Shown here piece by piece: positions 27,352 through 39,235 of a stretch of DNA of 64,000 bases; within the stretch, counting starts at the first letter, position 1; each line of letters begins with the position of its first letter. This stretch comes from Utricularia gibba (lineage: Eukaryota; Plantae; Magnoliophyta): positions 1,860,001 through 1,924,000 of the forward strand of contig NEEC01000019.1 in assembly GCA_002189035.1 (NCBI GenBank). The letters run 5' to 3'. The translations under genes and the position numbers were made by a program. The notes beneath the pieces are model-generated. The model saw only the letters and a program-made list of their open reading frames with translations, had not been told where the DNA came from and did no database searches.

Positions 27352-27822
27352 AAGAACCAATTGCTGGATCCTTGGACCAGTGGAATGCCTGATGTTAAGC
27401 AGATTCCATGGAAATTCGAAAATTCAGGCTATCTAATGCAACGGAGGCAAGAGATGGATAGGGGTTCTGTATCTGCTGTCTCCAACCCACAGAAAGTACA
27501 ATGCTGCTTGGGCCAAGTGTGTGATTTAGTGAATTTTTTCCCTTGAAATTTCGCTTGTCATTTCGTTTCTTGCTCATGAGACCAAACCATCAAGATCACC
27601 ACGAAGTAATCAGAAATGAAAGCTACTGGGCTTTCTCGTTCGAGGTTAAGAACAGAGAATCGAAGCTTACACATGGAAAGAGTTTAGAAGAAGTACTTGC
27701 GGAAAAACTTGAGAGGTTTTCCTGCTTCTCAATTTCACAGGCTTGGAACCTCCCAGAATATTCATACAGGTTCATAACAGAAGAGACAAATGGTGGCTTT
27801 TTTTTGCTGGGCATGGGAAGAA

Positions 27823-28248
27823 TCACTTGGTCTGGTAGAGCCGGTTGTATTCCTCGAGTTCCTCGTAGTACACGTCCCACACGCACCTGACGCACCCGCT
27901 GCCGCAGCAGTCTCCCGGCAGAGGCTTCTCAGGGGGCGGAGGAACCGATGTAAGAAGAGTCGGATTCGGTTTCTCCGGAACGAACGTGGGGGTCGGATTT
28001 CCCCATTCCTTCATCGTTTTGTATTCTGTTTCACGTTTCATGTTCGGGCCGTTCTCCTCAGATTCATCAGCCATGGATCCAACTCTCAGCGAAATTGTCG
28101 CGCGGATGAGATAAGGAGAGCGCCGGCGACGGGATGGGAGTAGTGCGGCGGGGAAGAAGATTCTTCGGGCTGAGAGATCCGCCAATCGCATAAGGATGGT
28201 TGATTCAATATCGCAAAATGGAAAATTCTTGTCGAAGAAATTATTCAT
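27823..28248 (-). CDS. Oxidoreductase-like N-terminal domain (OXLD1/UPF0651-like) protein, single exon
   Basis: PPPPEKPLPGDCCGSGCVRCVWDVYYEELEEYN matches the Oxidored-like domain; the Arg-rich N-terminus resembles a transit peptide. Start may be 28248 or 28191. Confidence 0.87.
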   Translation of the reverse strand: MNNFFDKNFPFCDIESTILMRLADLSARRIFFPAALLPSRRRRSPYLIRATISLRVGSMADESEENGPNMKRETEYKTMKEWGNPTPTFVPEKPNPTLLTSVPPPPEKPLPGDCCGSGCVRCVWDVYYEELEEYNRLYQTK

Positions 28249-29369
28249 TATAAAACCAATCCCAACCTAACAGACGGCGAGCATGCTTCTGTGGTTCCCC
28301 TCCCGTGGCGGTGAAGCTTCCATAACCCCTCTTCCTCCGAGACAAATCAAGCCCAATTCCCAGTCTCAAACCTTTCCCCAAGCGTCCGAGGAAGAAACAG
28401 AAGCCTCTCGCGGGGAATTTGCCCCTGTTGTGAGGATCAAGCCAGGAACATGCTGGAACTCTCTTTTGTTTATTAATAGTATTGATTTATTCTAAGAAAA
28501 AAATAGTGAAACTACAATTTGTTTCTTCGAATATAAAATAAGTAATATATATTATTGTCAGACATATTAATTCTGATTACATAGTATCTTATAAGCTACT
28601 TATGATATAATAGAAAGTGATGAAAATATAAGTGTTATCAGGTAGATAAAGAAAAGCAGAAACATGTTTCTTAATCATTTTTAGGAAAACTATTAAATGT
28701 TTTGTCGTCGTGTCGGTGGCTGGCCGGTTTAACGGAACTCAACAGCGTCACGTTATAAATGCAAGGACCAATTATTGCAGAGAGTTTGAACTTTGAACTA
28801 TCCATGATTGCACTTTCATTCAATTCTTTTTTCAAATGTCGAACGAGCATCTTCCTCCTGCCACTTTGTGTTTGAATTCAAACGCATTAAATGGTGACTG
28901 GTAAAGAAAGAAATCATGATCCTAACTGATGATTCAGGTCTTTAAGTTTGTACAGCCTCCCATTTCAGAGGGGGGAAGAAGAAGAAGAAGATCAGCACAT
29001 GGGGGGGAGCGGAGGCAGGGCATAATCACGAGGTAAAAGTGAAATTCAATCTAACCCCAAAATGGTTGTAGTCTATTTCGCTTCCCCGACATTTGACAGG
29101 CTGTTTATGTGGACCAAAGTGGCTCTTTGGCTGAAAAAAAGCCAAACAGGCTGAGTAGATGGCTGGATTGAGTGTCGTCATAGTGTGACATTTGTGTTGA
29201 TGCATCTACGTTTGACTAACTTCCATCCGTAAAGTCGATTCTCTTGTTCCTTGTTTCTTGATGATCATTTTTGGGGTCTTATGTTATAATTTTGCTTCAA
29301 ATACGTGATCTTCGTGTTCTTGTGGCTTCTGGGTTTTTGTAGTTCTCTTTCCTTTTTTCTGTGGATGAA

Positions 29370-32300
29370 ATGGGGAGTTTGGAGGAGGCTGGGGCTGGAG
29401 AGGAATATATCGGAGGAAATGAGGAGAGGATTTTTGTGTCGGTAAGATTGAGGCCTTTGAATGCTGCTGAGATATACAGGAATGATGTTTCAGACTGGGA
29501 ATGCATCAATGATGACACAATTGTCTACAAGAATGCATGTCTCTCTACCTCAGAGAGATGTATGTATCCCACTCTCTATACATTTGGTAAGTAGAAAACG
29601 CTTAATATCTTAAGCTTCTCTCTGCCTCTGGTGCAATTTGAAATATCATTGTTCCTATAACCGAGAGGCCAGGAAATCTCTGTAAAATCTCTTTGGTATT
29701 TCACAGACAGAGTTTTTGGTAGTGATTGCCCAACAAGGGAAGTGTATGAGAAAGGTGCCAAGGATGTCGCTTTATCAGTTCTTCATGGGATGAATTGTGA
29801 GTGATGCTATTTTCTGAACCTATGTGTGATGTTTTTGTTTCATATTTTTAAGCACATTTTGTTGCGCTCTGTAGCAACTATTTTTGCTTATGGACAAACG
29901 AACAGTGGGAAAACGTATACAATGACTGGAGTAACTGAGTATGCTCTTGCTGATATCTATGAGTACATGCGGAAGGTAAACATGCTGCTTGATCGCTATT
30001 TGCATCTTTGTGTACTGCAGTTAAATGAACTCCTCTAAGAACTCTTTCAGAACCCAGAGAGAAATTTTGTATTGAAGTTTTCAGCTATGGAGATCTACAA
30101 TGAGTCTGTGAGAGATCTCCTTAGTGTGGATAGCACTCCACTAAGACTTCTAGATGATCCAGAGGTGCAAAGCAAACCCCTAGATTTTAAATATTCACTG
30201 TCATGTGTATGTTATTTTCTCACAGACTGCTAATTTTTCAGAGAGGAACCGTAGTTGAGAAGCTCACTGAGGAAGTGATAAGTGACTGGAGCCATGCGAT
30301 TCTCCTACTCTCTGTATCCAAAGGCAGGCAACTTCTGACTTACTTAGATGTTAACATCGTCTACACATTCTCATTCATCCATTGATTGTTGCAGCCCAAA
30401 GGCAAATTGGGGAAACTTTTCTTAATGAAATGAGCTCCAGATCTCACCAGATAATCAGACTCGTAATGCTTTTGCTCCACTTGTTTCTCTATCATTTCTT
30501 TGTAGATTCATTTTCCGGTTTTTGCTAACAATGATGCTTTCACAGACAATTGAAAGCACTTCCCGGTACAGCACAAGCACCCTGACAGCTTCTGTGGTAG
30601 AGATTCTAAGATGAATAAAACACATTTTTTTGAATATGAACTTATCCGTCTGATACAGTCTGACTTCTCATTGCAATACAGAGCTTTGTCGATCTTGCCG
30701 GAAGTGAACGTGCATCACAGTCCTTTTCAGCAGGTACAAGGCTTAAGGAAGGCTGCCACATAAACCGCAGTTTGCTTACACTGGGAACGGTTATTCGCAA
30801 GCTGAGGTACATTTAGCATTTTAGTGAGGTTAGCTTGAGACTGCAAATTCTGATCATGATGGTTGTGCCTGTTTTTAAATGGCTTATTCAGTAAAGGACG
30901 AGGTGGGCACATTCCTTTTAGAGACTCTAAGTTGACTCGAATTCTGCAAGCATCATTAGGAGGGAATGCGAGAACAGCCATTATTTGCACAATGAGTCCA
31001 GCTCGAAGTTACGTTGAGCAATCAAGAAATACCCTTCTATTTGCAAGCTGTGCAAAGGAAGTGACTACCAGTGCTCATGTTAATGTTGTCATGTCCGAAA
31101 AAGCTATGGTGAAGTGCTTGCAAAGGAGAATAGAGAAGTTGGAAGATGAACTTAGAAGCTCCCAGTCCATGTACAATTCTGCAAATTTTACTGCATTTCT
31201 CAGAGAGAGAGATCTACAGATTGAGAAGGTATTAAATCAAGGCTTTTTCTTGAAACAAGTATTCAGTTGATGTGAAATCACATTGAAACGTTTCTTGTTG
31301 TTGAAGCTTGAAGCAGAGGTTAAAGAACTTACCTTGCAAAGGGATATTGCTCAGTCAAAAGTTAGAGATATGCTTCAAGCTCTCAAAGACAGCACACGAT
31401 TATCTGAACAGGTAAAAAACATTCACTATTTGCTGAACATTTTTCCTTGACAATTCTCATTTCATTCACCTCACCTCCATATTACTCCTGTTCTAGGTGG
31501 GATTTGATCACTACTGTCACCTTCGAGGTGAGAAGCCCATGGATAACAGTATTGAGGATAAAGAGACTTCTTTTCAGTTAGAGCCATGTTCATCTGTCTT
31601 AGATACACTTGGGGGTGACATAAGAACTTCAGAGGCATGCGCAGCAAATGTTCCAGATGTTCATGAGAACCTTATGATTTCATCAAGAATGTCAGCCAGC
31701 AGTTCAAGCATCAGTGAGAGCTATTCGTTTAATGGTTGGGATGAGGCTGAGAAACAAAGTGATGTGTCTTTGGAGGATATGTGCACAGAAGTTCATTGTA
31801 TTAACAAAGCAGATTCTGAGGAATCTGAGTCTTTATGCTCCAGGGAGAGCCGTGGGTATCATCAGGAGTTGGGAAATGGACATGAAGCAGTTGTTGAATC
31901 ACCATTGACCCCTGCAAAAGATCATGAGCAAAACACCTTGAGAAATGTTTGTGAGAGGATTACAGAATCGAAGATTGAAAATCTCAAGGATGTGCATTCG
32001 CCCTTGAGCAAAGAGACAGAACCTAAGTTCGTTTATCTTCTTGAGACTCCTCCTGGAAACCCTCTGGATAGAGATTCATCCTTCCATGGGAGGCGGAAAC
32101 TGAGTAGGAGTAAGAGCTGTCAGGAGAGCATTCTTGATTCAGGGTCGTCATTGTTCAAGATGGAGTTGAGTGACAGCACCTCATCCTTTCGCACTGAAAG
32201 AGCACAAAAGCATTTTGAGAGGGAACCTATTCCATTAAGCTCAGGTTCCAACTTCCAGAGTTCAGCTACAAAAGATTCACAGCTCTCTCCCAGAAAGATG

Positions 32301-33216
32301 ATTGTGTACAGGATGATGGCCCAAACCTGAAACTATGGTCTGTGGAGGATGCTAACAGCAGCTCTGATGACATCAAGGAAACAACAGAAGTTTTGACAGA
32401 GCAACCAGTGAGTGACGCGTCATTTTATAAATTATAACTACCGTGTTATGTTAATTGTATCTCATATTAATTGGTTTTCCGCTTACTTATGCAGTTGCAG
32501 GAGATCACCCCACCAAGGAGCGATCAATCAACAAACAAGAGCATGAAAGATGTATCATTAGATCCCATTGAAGATGATGACGAAGGAGATAGATATGCTT
32601 CTAGTTGGCATATGGAGTTCAAAAGCCTCCAACAAGAAATCATTGAACTTTGGCATGCTTGCAAAGTCCCCTTGGCGCACAGAACCTACTTCTTCCTCGT
32701 TTTCCGAGGTGATTCTTCAGATGCTGCGTATCTCGAAATCGAACGAAGGAAAATGAAATTCCTGAAGAACAAACTATCTGCTGGAGAAGGGATCTTCTTC
32801 AACAGAAAGATCATAACGCTGGCTTCAAGGTGCTAACTTGCAAATCATTCTAGCCTCCAGGATCGAACCAATTTGAAATAACATTCACCTTCTTCTTTTC
32901 CATGACCAGTGTAAAGGCTCTTCACGAGGAGAGAAAGATGCTATGCCGGAGAATGTCGAAGAAGCTCTCCGAACAAGAAAGAGAGAACCTCTTCCTGAAA
33001 TGGGGAATCAGCCTCAGCTCCAAACACAGAAGGCTGCAGTTAGCTCAGCGTTTGTGGGATCAACCAAATGACATGGATCATGTTCTAGACAGCGCTCTCC
33101 TAGTCGCAAAACTCACAGATTTCGTCGCACCTAACAAGGAAATGTTTGGCATCAACTTCACTCCAAACAAATTTTCAACAACTTGCAGTTTCAAAGGCAT
33201 CATCCCCTTGCCATGA
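29370..33216 (+). CDS. Kinesin-7 family protein (CENP-E/NACK-related), about 13 exons (apparent frameshift near 32290)
   Basis: [10 protein letters not shown]-loop [54 protein letters not shown]; C-terminal IIELWHAC...[12 protein letters not shown] and [12 protein letters not shown]. Confidence 0.93.
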
Positions 33217-34631
33217 TCGTCTTGGCTGATCACAGAAATGAGATTAAGCATGCTGCATTGTAGTTCCAAAAGCCTCCTTGTTTTGGTTTCTCCCTAGCAG
33301 TATGTTGTAACTTTACTTCGTGCCTAATCACTTACATTTCTTTGATTCAATAGAGCTGCGTTCTGTAAATCAAATTTTTTTAAAATGAGTTTATTTAATT
33401 TTGATAGATTTCAATCTGTCATTAAAAAAAACAGAAATTAAGATTTTGATATTAATTTTATAAATTATTAAATTTCGTAAATATTAATTTTAATGATTAA
33501 TAAGGTCAAAGACTTAATGAAGTTATCTTATTTTAATTAAGGATAGAAGATGAGACATGTTTAAATAAAGAAATCCTTCTGATTTTATATAAAATATTCT
33601 TTTTATAAGAGAAGAAAATTAAATTATGAATATCTAATGTTTGAAATGAACATTATCATGCAAGATGAGCATAGTTGTGACATTTGGTATACAAAATTTT
33701 ATATTATACAATATAATTTTATAATCCAAAAATTAAATCTATTAATAAAATTTTAAAATTGAATACAACGCTGAACCAATAAGTTGGCGGATCGATCTGA
33801 CATAAAACTTAATTTTATAATTATTTTATTAACTTATGTATTATTTCATAAATAGAAAATATTATATCATATTCGGATAATTATTATATCCGAAAGAAAT
33901 TTAAATAAGCAGAACGGATTATCAAAAAAGTACAAATAAATTAATTAAATAAATTTTTATTTTGTAAATTAAATATAAAAAATAGGGAGAAGGAAGGGCC
34001 GACATTATTACAAGGCCCTATTCAAAAAGATGTGATGCCGTTTTATTACAAGGCCCTTGGCATTTGCCATGAATGTAGGAGGCCGTGTCTGTGCCACTGC
34101 TGCCTGCTACGCGTAGACGTGGACGTGGATGTGGATGCAACTTGGCTTCCTCAATTTCCGAGACTGGCCGGCATCTTCGTCACCCCATTGGCGCCGCCGC
34201 ACCTGAGTGGGCAAATCCTTCCATTTTCCTCTTCGAATCCCTAGATTCAGTAGCTACAGATCCATCCACTGGGCACGAATTGCGCCGCATTGCCCATAGC
34301 GTCCAGCTCCACTCATCTTGGTGCCGCCATTGATCTTCTTCGATTTTTTCGGCTCCAGGTAGGATCACAAACACAGGAGGCTAGCTATAGGTGGGAAGTG
34401 TGTTTGTGCTCCTTTACGATGAGCGGATTTCGTTTGTGTGTGAGTGTGTTTGATGATTCGATCTCTCCTACTGCATTAACAGAAAGTGTTTCGTTTTTCT
34501 TTTCCTTCTCAGAAAGAAGGTGATGTAATGAGAAAGCGTCCGCATGCACTCATTTTAGCTGAGTTGTTGAATGTAAATATGATCAACTCTAGAGCAAGGT
34601 AACACGGGGTTGGAGGTGCGGTGGAGGAGTG

Positions 34632-37600
34632 ATGGTCCAGAGTCACGCTGCTGGAACACCGAAGAAGCAGAAGGATAAGCAACAAGTTCCTTTCCCTGGG
34701 CTTCGACAGCATTGTTGGAACTACTCACCTTGTGGGCGACGACTGCCGGTGCCATGGACGGTTTTCTGTGGGGTGCTGCTGTTTACGTTTGGGTTCATAT
34801 CCCTGTTCACCGGTCATGTTGCATCTAATATTGAGTGGTACTCGCAGCGATTTGTTAAGCAGACCTGGTACTACAAGAAGGTATTTGAAGTGGTTTTTGT
34901 TTATGCATATAATTTCCTTTATCAACAGGGCATCTATTGTGCTTGTTTTGCATTTACTAACGAACTTTTGCCGTATCCTTGAAGGCATCTGTTTTCCATT
35001 CTTAAATATGTCCTTGTGAGAACCTTTTTAGAGTTTAGATTGCTTTAGTTTCTGGTTCACAATGCCACTTTTTTGGATTTATATTTTTTTTACCAGTATT
35101 ACATTTTAAATTGCCATGAGTCAACGGACAGCTGCTTTCATTTTGGATGTATATTAAAGTGGGCACTGTCTTCCTTTTTTGTGATCTAGCAATAACATTT
35201 CTTGATCATACTGCATATTAACATTTCAAACCTCATCCGTCTCTGCATTGCAGGATGCCTATCGTGCTCCTGTTGATATGTGGAAATCACATTTCTCAGA
35301 ATTTTACCATGGGTGCAGCAATCGAAGTGCTCAGTTTTTGCGTAGCCCAGCCTTCTCTTCTGTGAAATCTTATAAATCTCTCCCCACTGATTTTCTTTTT
35401 CGTAGAAGTTAATTTGTTTGCAGATAGAAACTCTCAACTGTTCTTATTTCAATGTATTTTTAGTTGTGTTTTCATTTGAAGGATTTATCGTGAACTTACT
35501 AACTCTCATTATTTATCTGTAGCTGCTGTACGGCAGCGGCTTTCAAATGGATACTTACTTATTGCAACAAGTGGAGGGCTGAACCAGCAAAGAACAGGAG
35601 TATGTGTTTTCATCCATGTTTATTTTTTAACATCACAGGAATTATGTCATGCGCAACTGCATGATTGTCTGCTATGTAGATGTTTTCATTAGTTTTGTCT
35701 ATCTGTTGTTTAGAAGTTCCTCGTTTCTGGTGCTTGGTTGATGATATGTGCTTGACTATTCATTTTCTGCCTTCAGATTACGGATGCTGTAGTGGTTGCG
35801 AGGATATTAAATGCCACCTTGGTTATTCCAGAACTGGATCACAATTCATACTGGAAGGATGACAGGTTTGTGCCATATACATACGCTATTCGAAAAACAG
35901 TTTCAGATATATTCGAACACATTAGGGTAAATGCTTGTGTATGGTGGCTGAAATCCTTTCTCTTCTCATAGTCATATTAGTACAGTTTGTCCAAATTAAC
36001 TTCTACTATAATTTGGTTTTAATGGATTTAAAATTGTGGGAAAATGGAATATCTTCCTTATGTAGCAGGATATTAACCTGTTATCAAACAGAGCCGCATC
36101 ATGAGGCTTATATAGCTTACCTCATTTAGTGGGAATAAAGCTTTCATATATGTATTTGTGGAACATGGCATGTCAATCTTTTCCTCATGTATATGCACTT
36201 TACTCTGCAGCGATTTTGTCAACATTTATGATGTTGATTGGTTCATATCTTACCTTCAAAAGGATATTCCAATTGTTAAACGAGTACCAGAGAAAGTAAT
36301 GAGATCAATGGACAAACCACCCTATACAATGCGTGTGCCACGGAAGTCTGAACCTGAGTATTATATAGAAGAAGTATTACCTATTTTATTGAGGAGGAAA
36401 GTAAGTCGAAAAGCTCTATTGTAAATGCTCTATAATGATGCTTGAGTATACATATTCTTCTACCATGAGTTACCTCTATACAATGTAAATGACTTGGCAC
36501 ACCGGTGCCTTTAATAAATGTGTTAATTGATTGGATTGCTATGTGTTTAGTGATGCCTTACAGATTATTTTGTAACACTCTGCAGGTTGTTCAGTTGACT
36601 AAATTTGATTACAGACTCTCTAATGAACTTGATGATGAGCTACAAAAGTTGCGATGCCGGGTTAATTACCATGCTCTTCGTTTCACTAAACGTATACGGA
36701 ATTTGGGTCAGAAGGTTGTAACTCGCATGAGGAAAATGGCGCATCGCTATATTGCTGTACACTTGAGGTTTGGATCCTTGTCATTTGTATTGCTCCTGGA
36801 ATATGAAAGCAAGTCTGCAGTACTTCAGTGTCATCTAATTACACTATCCTTTTATTTCTTGCAAAAGTATCTTTGTTCATGTAACAATAAAGTATTTATA
36901 CAGGATGAAAAATCAACTTCAGATCATGTTCACTGTGGTGATATTTTTTTTCTATATGAAGGCATATGCTGGCCTTTTGTGGCCTTCCTTCTCAAAATGG
37001 ATAATGTTTGCTTATTCAACAGTTTGTACCTCTTGGAGCTAGCACTTCACTCGTTTTACTCATGATCGCTGTACATCTTTTTTTGACACCATATTGATTG
37101 GGAATTTCTGGTTCAGTGATTGCTCAGAACTGATTTGCATATTATCAAGGAACTGAAGCATTTAACTTGTAGATTTGAACCTGATATGCTTGCATTTTCT
37201 GGATGCTACTTTGGTGGGGTGACAAAGAAAGACTTGAGTTAAGTGAGATAAGAAAGCGCTGGGAAACTCTACCTGTAAGTTTATTGTACAGCAGGAAAAC
37301 TGTTGAAGTGACTAACACGAAGAGCCAAGTTTATAATGCTTTGGTTTTTTCTGGGCAGGAATCAACCCCAGAAGAAGAGAGAATTCGAGGGAAATGCCCG
37401 CTGACCCCTCAAGAAGTTGGCTTATTGTTGCGAGCAGTCGGCTTTGAAAACAGCACATACATTTACGTTGCATCTGGAGAAATATATGGAGGAGAAGAGA
37501 CCCTGAGGCCCCTGAGAGAGCTCTTTCCTAACTTTTACACAAAGGAAATTTTAGCTGGTGAAGAGCTGAAGCCTATTCTGAGCTATTCATCTCGTTTGGC

Positions 37601-38090
37601 TGCCATCGACTATACTGTTTGTGATGAAAGTGATGTCTTTGTCACAAACAACAATGGGAATATGGCGAAAATCTTAGCAGGGCGAAGGTAATCAATGACA
37701 GTATTAGCTACAACCTGGTTTCACTTCTTGTTTCATGTCATTCTTTTCTTCATATGAAGGAGGTACATGGGACACAAGAGGACCATCAGGCCAAACGCAA
37801 AAAGGCTCAGCACCTTGTTCATGGAACGTGACAAAATGGAATGGAGCGAGTTCTCAAGAAAAGTGAAGGCTTGCCAGAGAGGCTTCCTGGGAGAGCCTGA
37901 TGAGATGAGACCTGGCAGAGGAGAGTTCCATGAATTTCCATCCGCATGCATCTGCAAGAGGCACAGCGCTGCTAATGCGTCTGTGCAAGAGCCATCAGGG
38001 AAGAGAAGCAGAAGCAGCAGGACTCCAAATGAGACCGCAGCATCCACTGCAGATGAGAGCAAGGAGCATGATTACCTGTTTTCTGATTAG
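34632..38090 (+). CDS. OFUT29: O-fucosyltransferase family protein (GT106, At4g16650-like), about 9 exons (apparent frameshift 37216-37219)
   Basis: Single TM segment (VFCGVLLFTFGFISLFTGHV), SGGLNQQRTGITDAVVVARILNATLVIP, KLRCRVNYHALRF, VHLRFEPDMLAFSGC, GKCPLTPQEVG, NNNGNMAKILAGRRRY and EFHEFP. Start codon is uncertain. Confidence 0.92.
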
Positions 38091-38429
38091 ATGAGGATGA
38101 GCAGAACAGCCCCCCTGGTGAAGGCAAGGGAGCATACATACACTGTTAACATGTAGGTGTATCTCATGTACTGTATGTATCGAGAGATGAGAGATTCTTC
38201 TTCAGTATCGACTGTGCTGCTGTATAACCATTTTGCGCTATGTTCATTCTTTGGCTTACTCCTTGGATAAAGTTGTAACCGGTTCGAACCAGAATCGGGG
38301 TTTTAGTTCAAGATTTTGAATTTTCATATGATTCTGAAACAGAAACTGTATGATTTCAAATTGAGTCGTTATTTTGGAAATTAAGAAATTGTTATTTCAA
38401 TTTATTTGAAATTCGTTGTTAATAAAAAA

Positions 38430-38600
38430 CGTTGATATTTGAAAAATGATATAATATTAAATGTTTATATTAAAATGATATATTTTGAAATGTTTATATT
38501 AAATTTGAATAAATACTGAAATGTTTGTAGTATAAATCTATTTTTGAAAACGTTTGTATCTAATCAAAAGTAACTTTTTAAATGTTCACATTGAAACGTG
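38430..38600. repeat. Degenerate AT-rich minisatellite (about 30-bp units, core GAAATGTTT(A/G)TA)
   Basis: AAATGTTTATATT, AAATGTTTATATT, AAATGTTTGTAGT, AAACGTTTGTATC and AAATGTTCACATT recur at about 30-bp spacing. Confidence 0.5.
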
Positions 38601-39235
38601 TTTTTCTTCATTTGTTAATATCTTTAACTTTAAAATATATGATATTATTTCTACATTTCCAAATTTTTTTAAATTTTTTTTAGGTAAAAAAAACTAAAAT
38701 ACGAAATTTTTCTGAATTTCGAATAATTCCACGACAATTCACATGTCGTGACACGTGGACACATTCTGCTAACTTGAGCTGGACTGAGCTTTTAGTAATT
38801 GTTTGGCCCAATATCGTAGAGCAATTACTCAAAGCCCAAACGATTTTTACTTGCGTTACTTCTTAAATAGTTTTTTTTTTGTTTAATTTTCAGATATAAG
38901 TTTTCTAAATGGTTAATAAAATTATTAAAAATGAAATTTAATTATCAGATCAATCAAGAAAACGTTGGGGTTGTGAGACGTGTTTTGGGGCGGGGGTAGT
39001 AGAGAATGAAAATGATCTTGGTAAAAGTGTGTGCTGATTAGTATAAACAACGGGCATGAGCGGCGCAAGGTTTAGAAAGGAGATCTCGTTCATGGTTGTA
39101 CGGACCTAGATTTCTTGGTCTGATCGGATGCTCGTCGGTGCTCTTCAGGGATCCGATCCGGCGTGATTTTTCCGGAATTAGATACTATACGGTTTCTTTT
39201 AACCGGATATCATAGATTGGTGAATCTGTGCTCCG

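Noticed and set aside
33360-33990. Long AT-rich spacers (also 1-480, 10520-11300, 14800-15220, 17950-18420, 59380-59760) as possible MITEs/Helitrons
   Set aside because: I could not find terminal inverted repeats, target-site duplications or shared sequence by eye; a repeat-library search would be needed.
34579-34631. Possible longer OFUT N-terminus from ATG 34579
   Set aside because: It needs an unverified 1-nt insertion; the main frame has a TAG at 34590-34592. Cannot be supported without reads.
38270-38300. GGTTCGAACC, resembling a tRNA T-loop/B-box
   Set aside because: No cloverleaf arms or A-box in the surrounding sequence.
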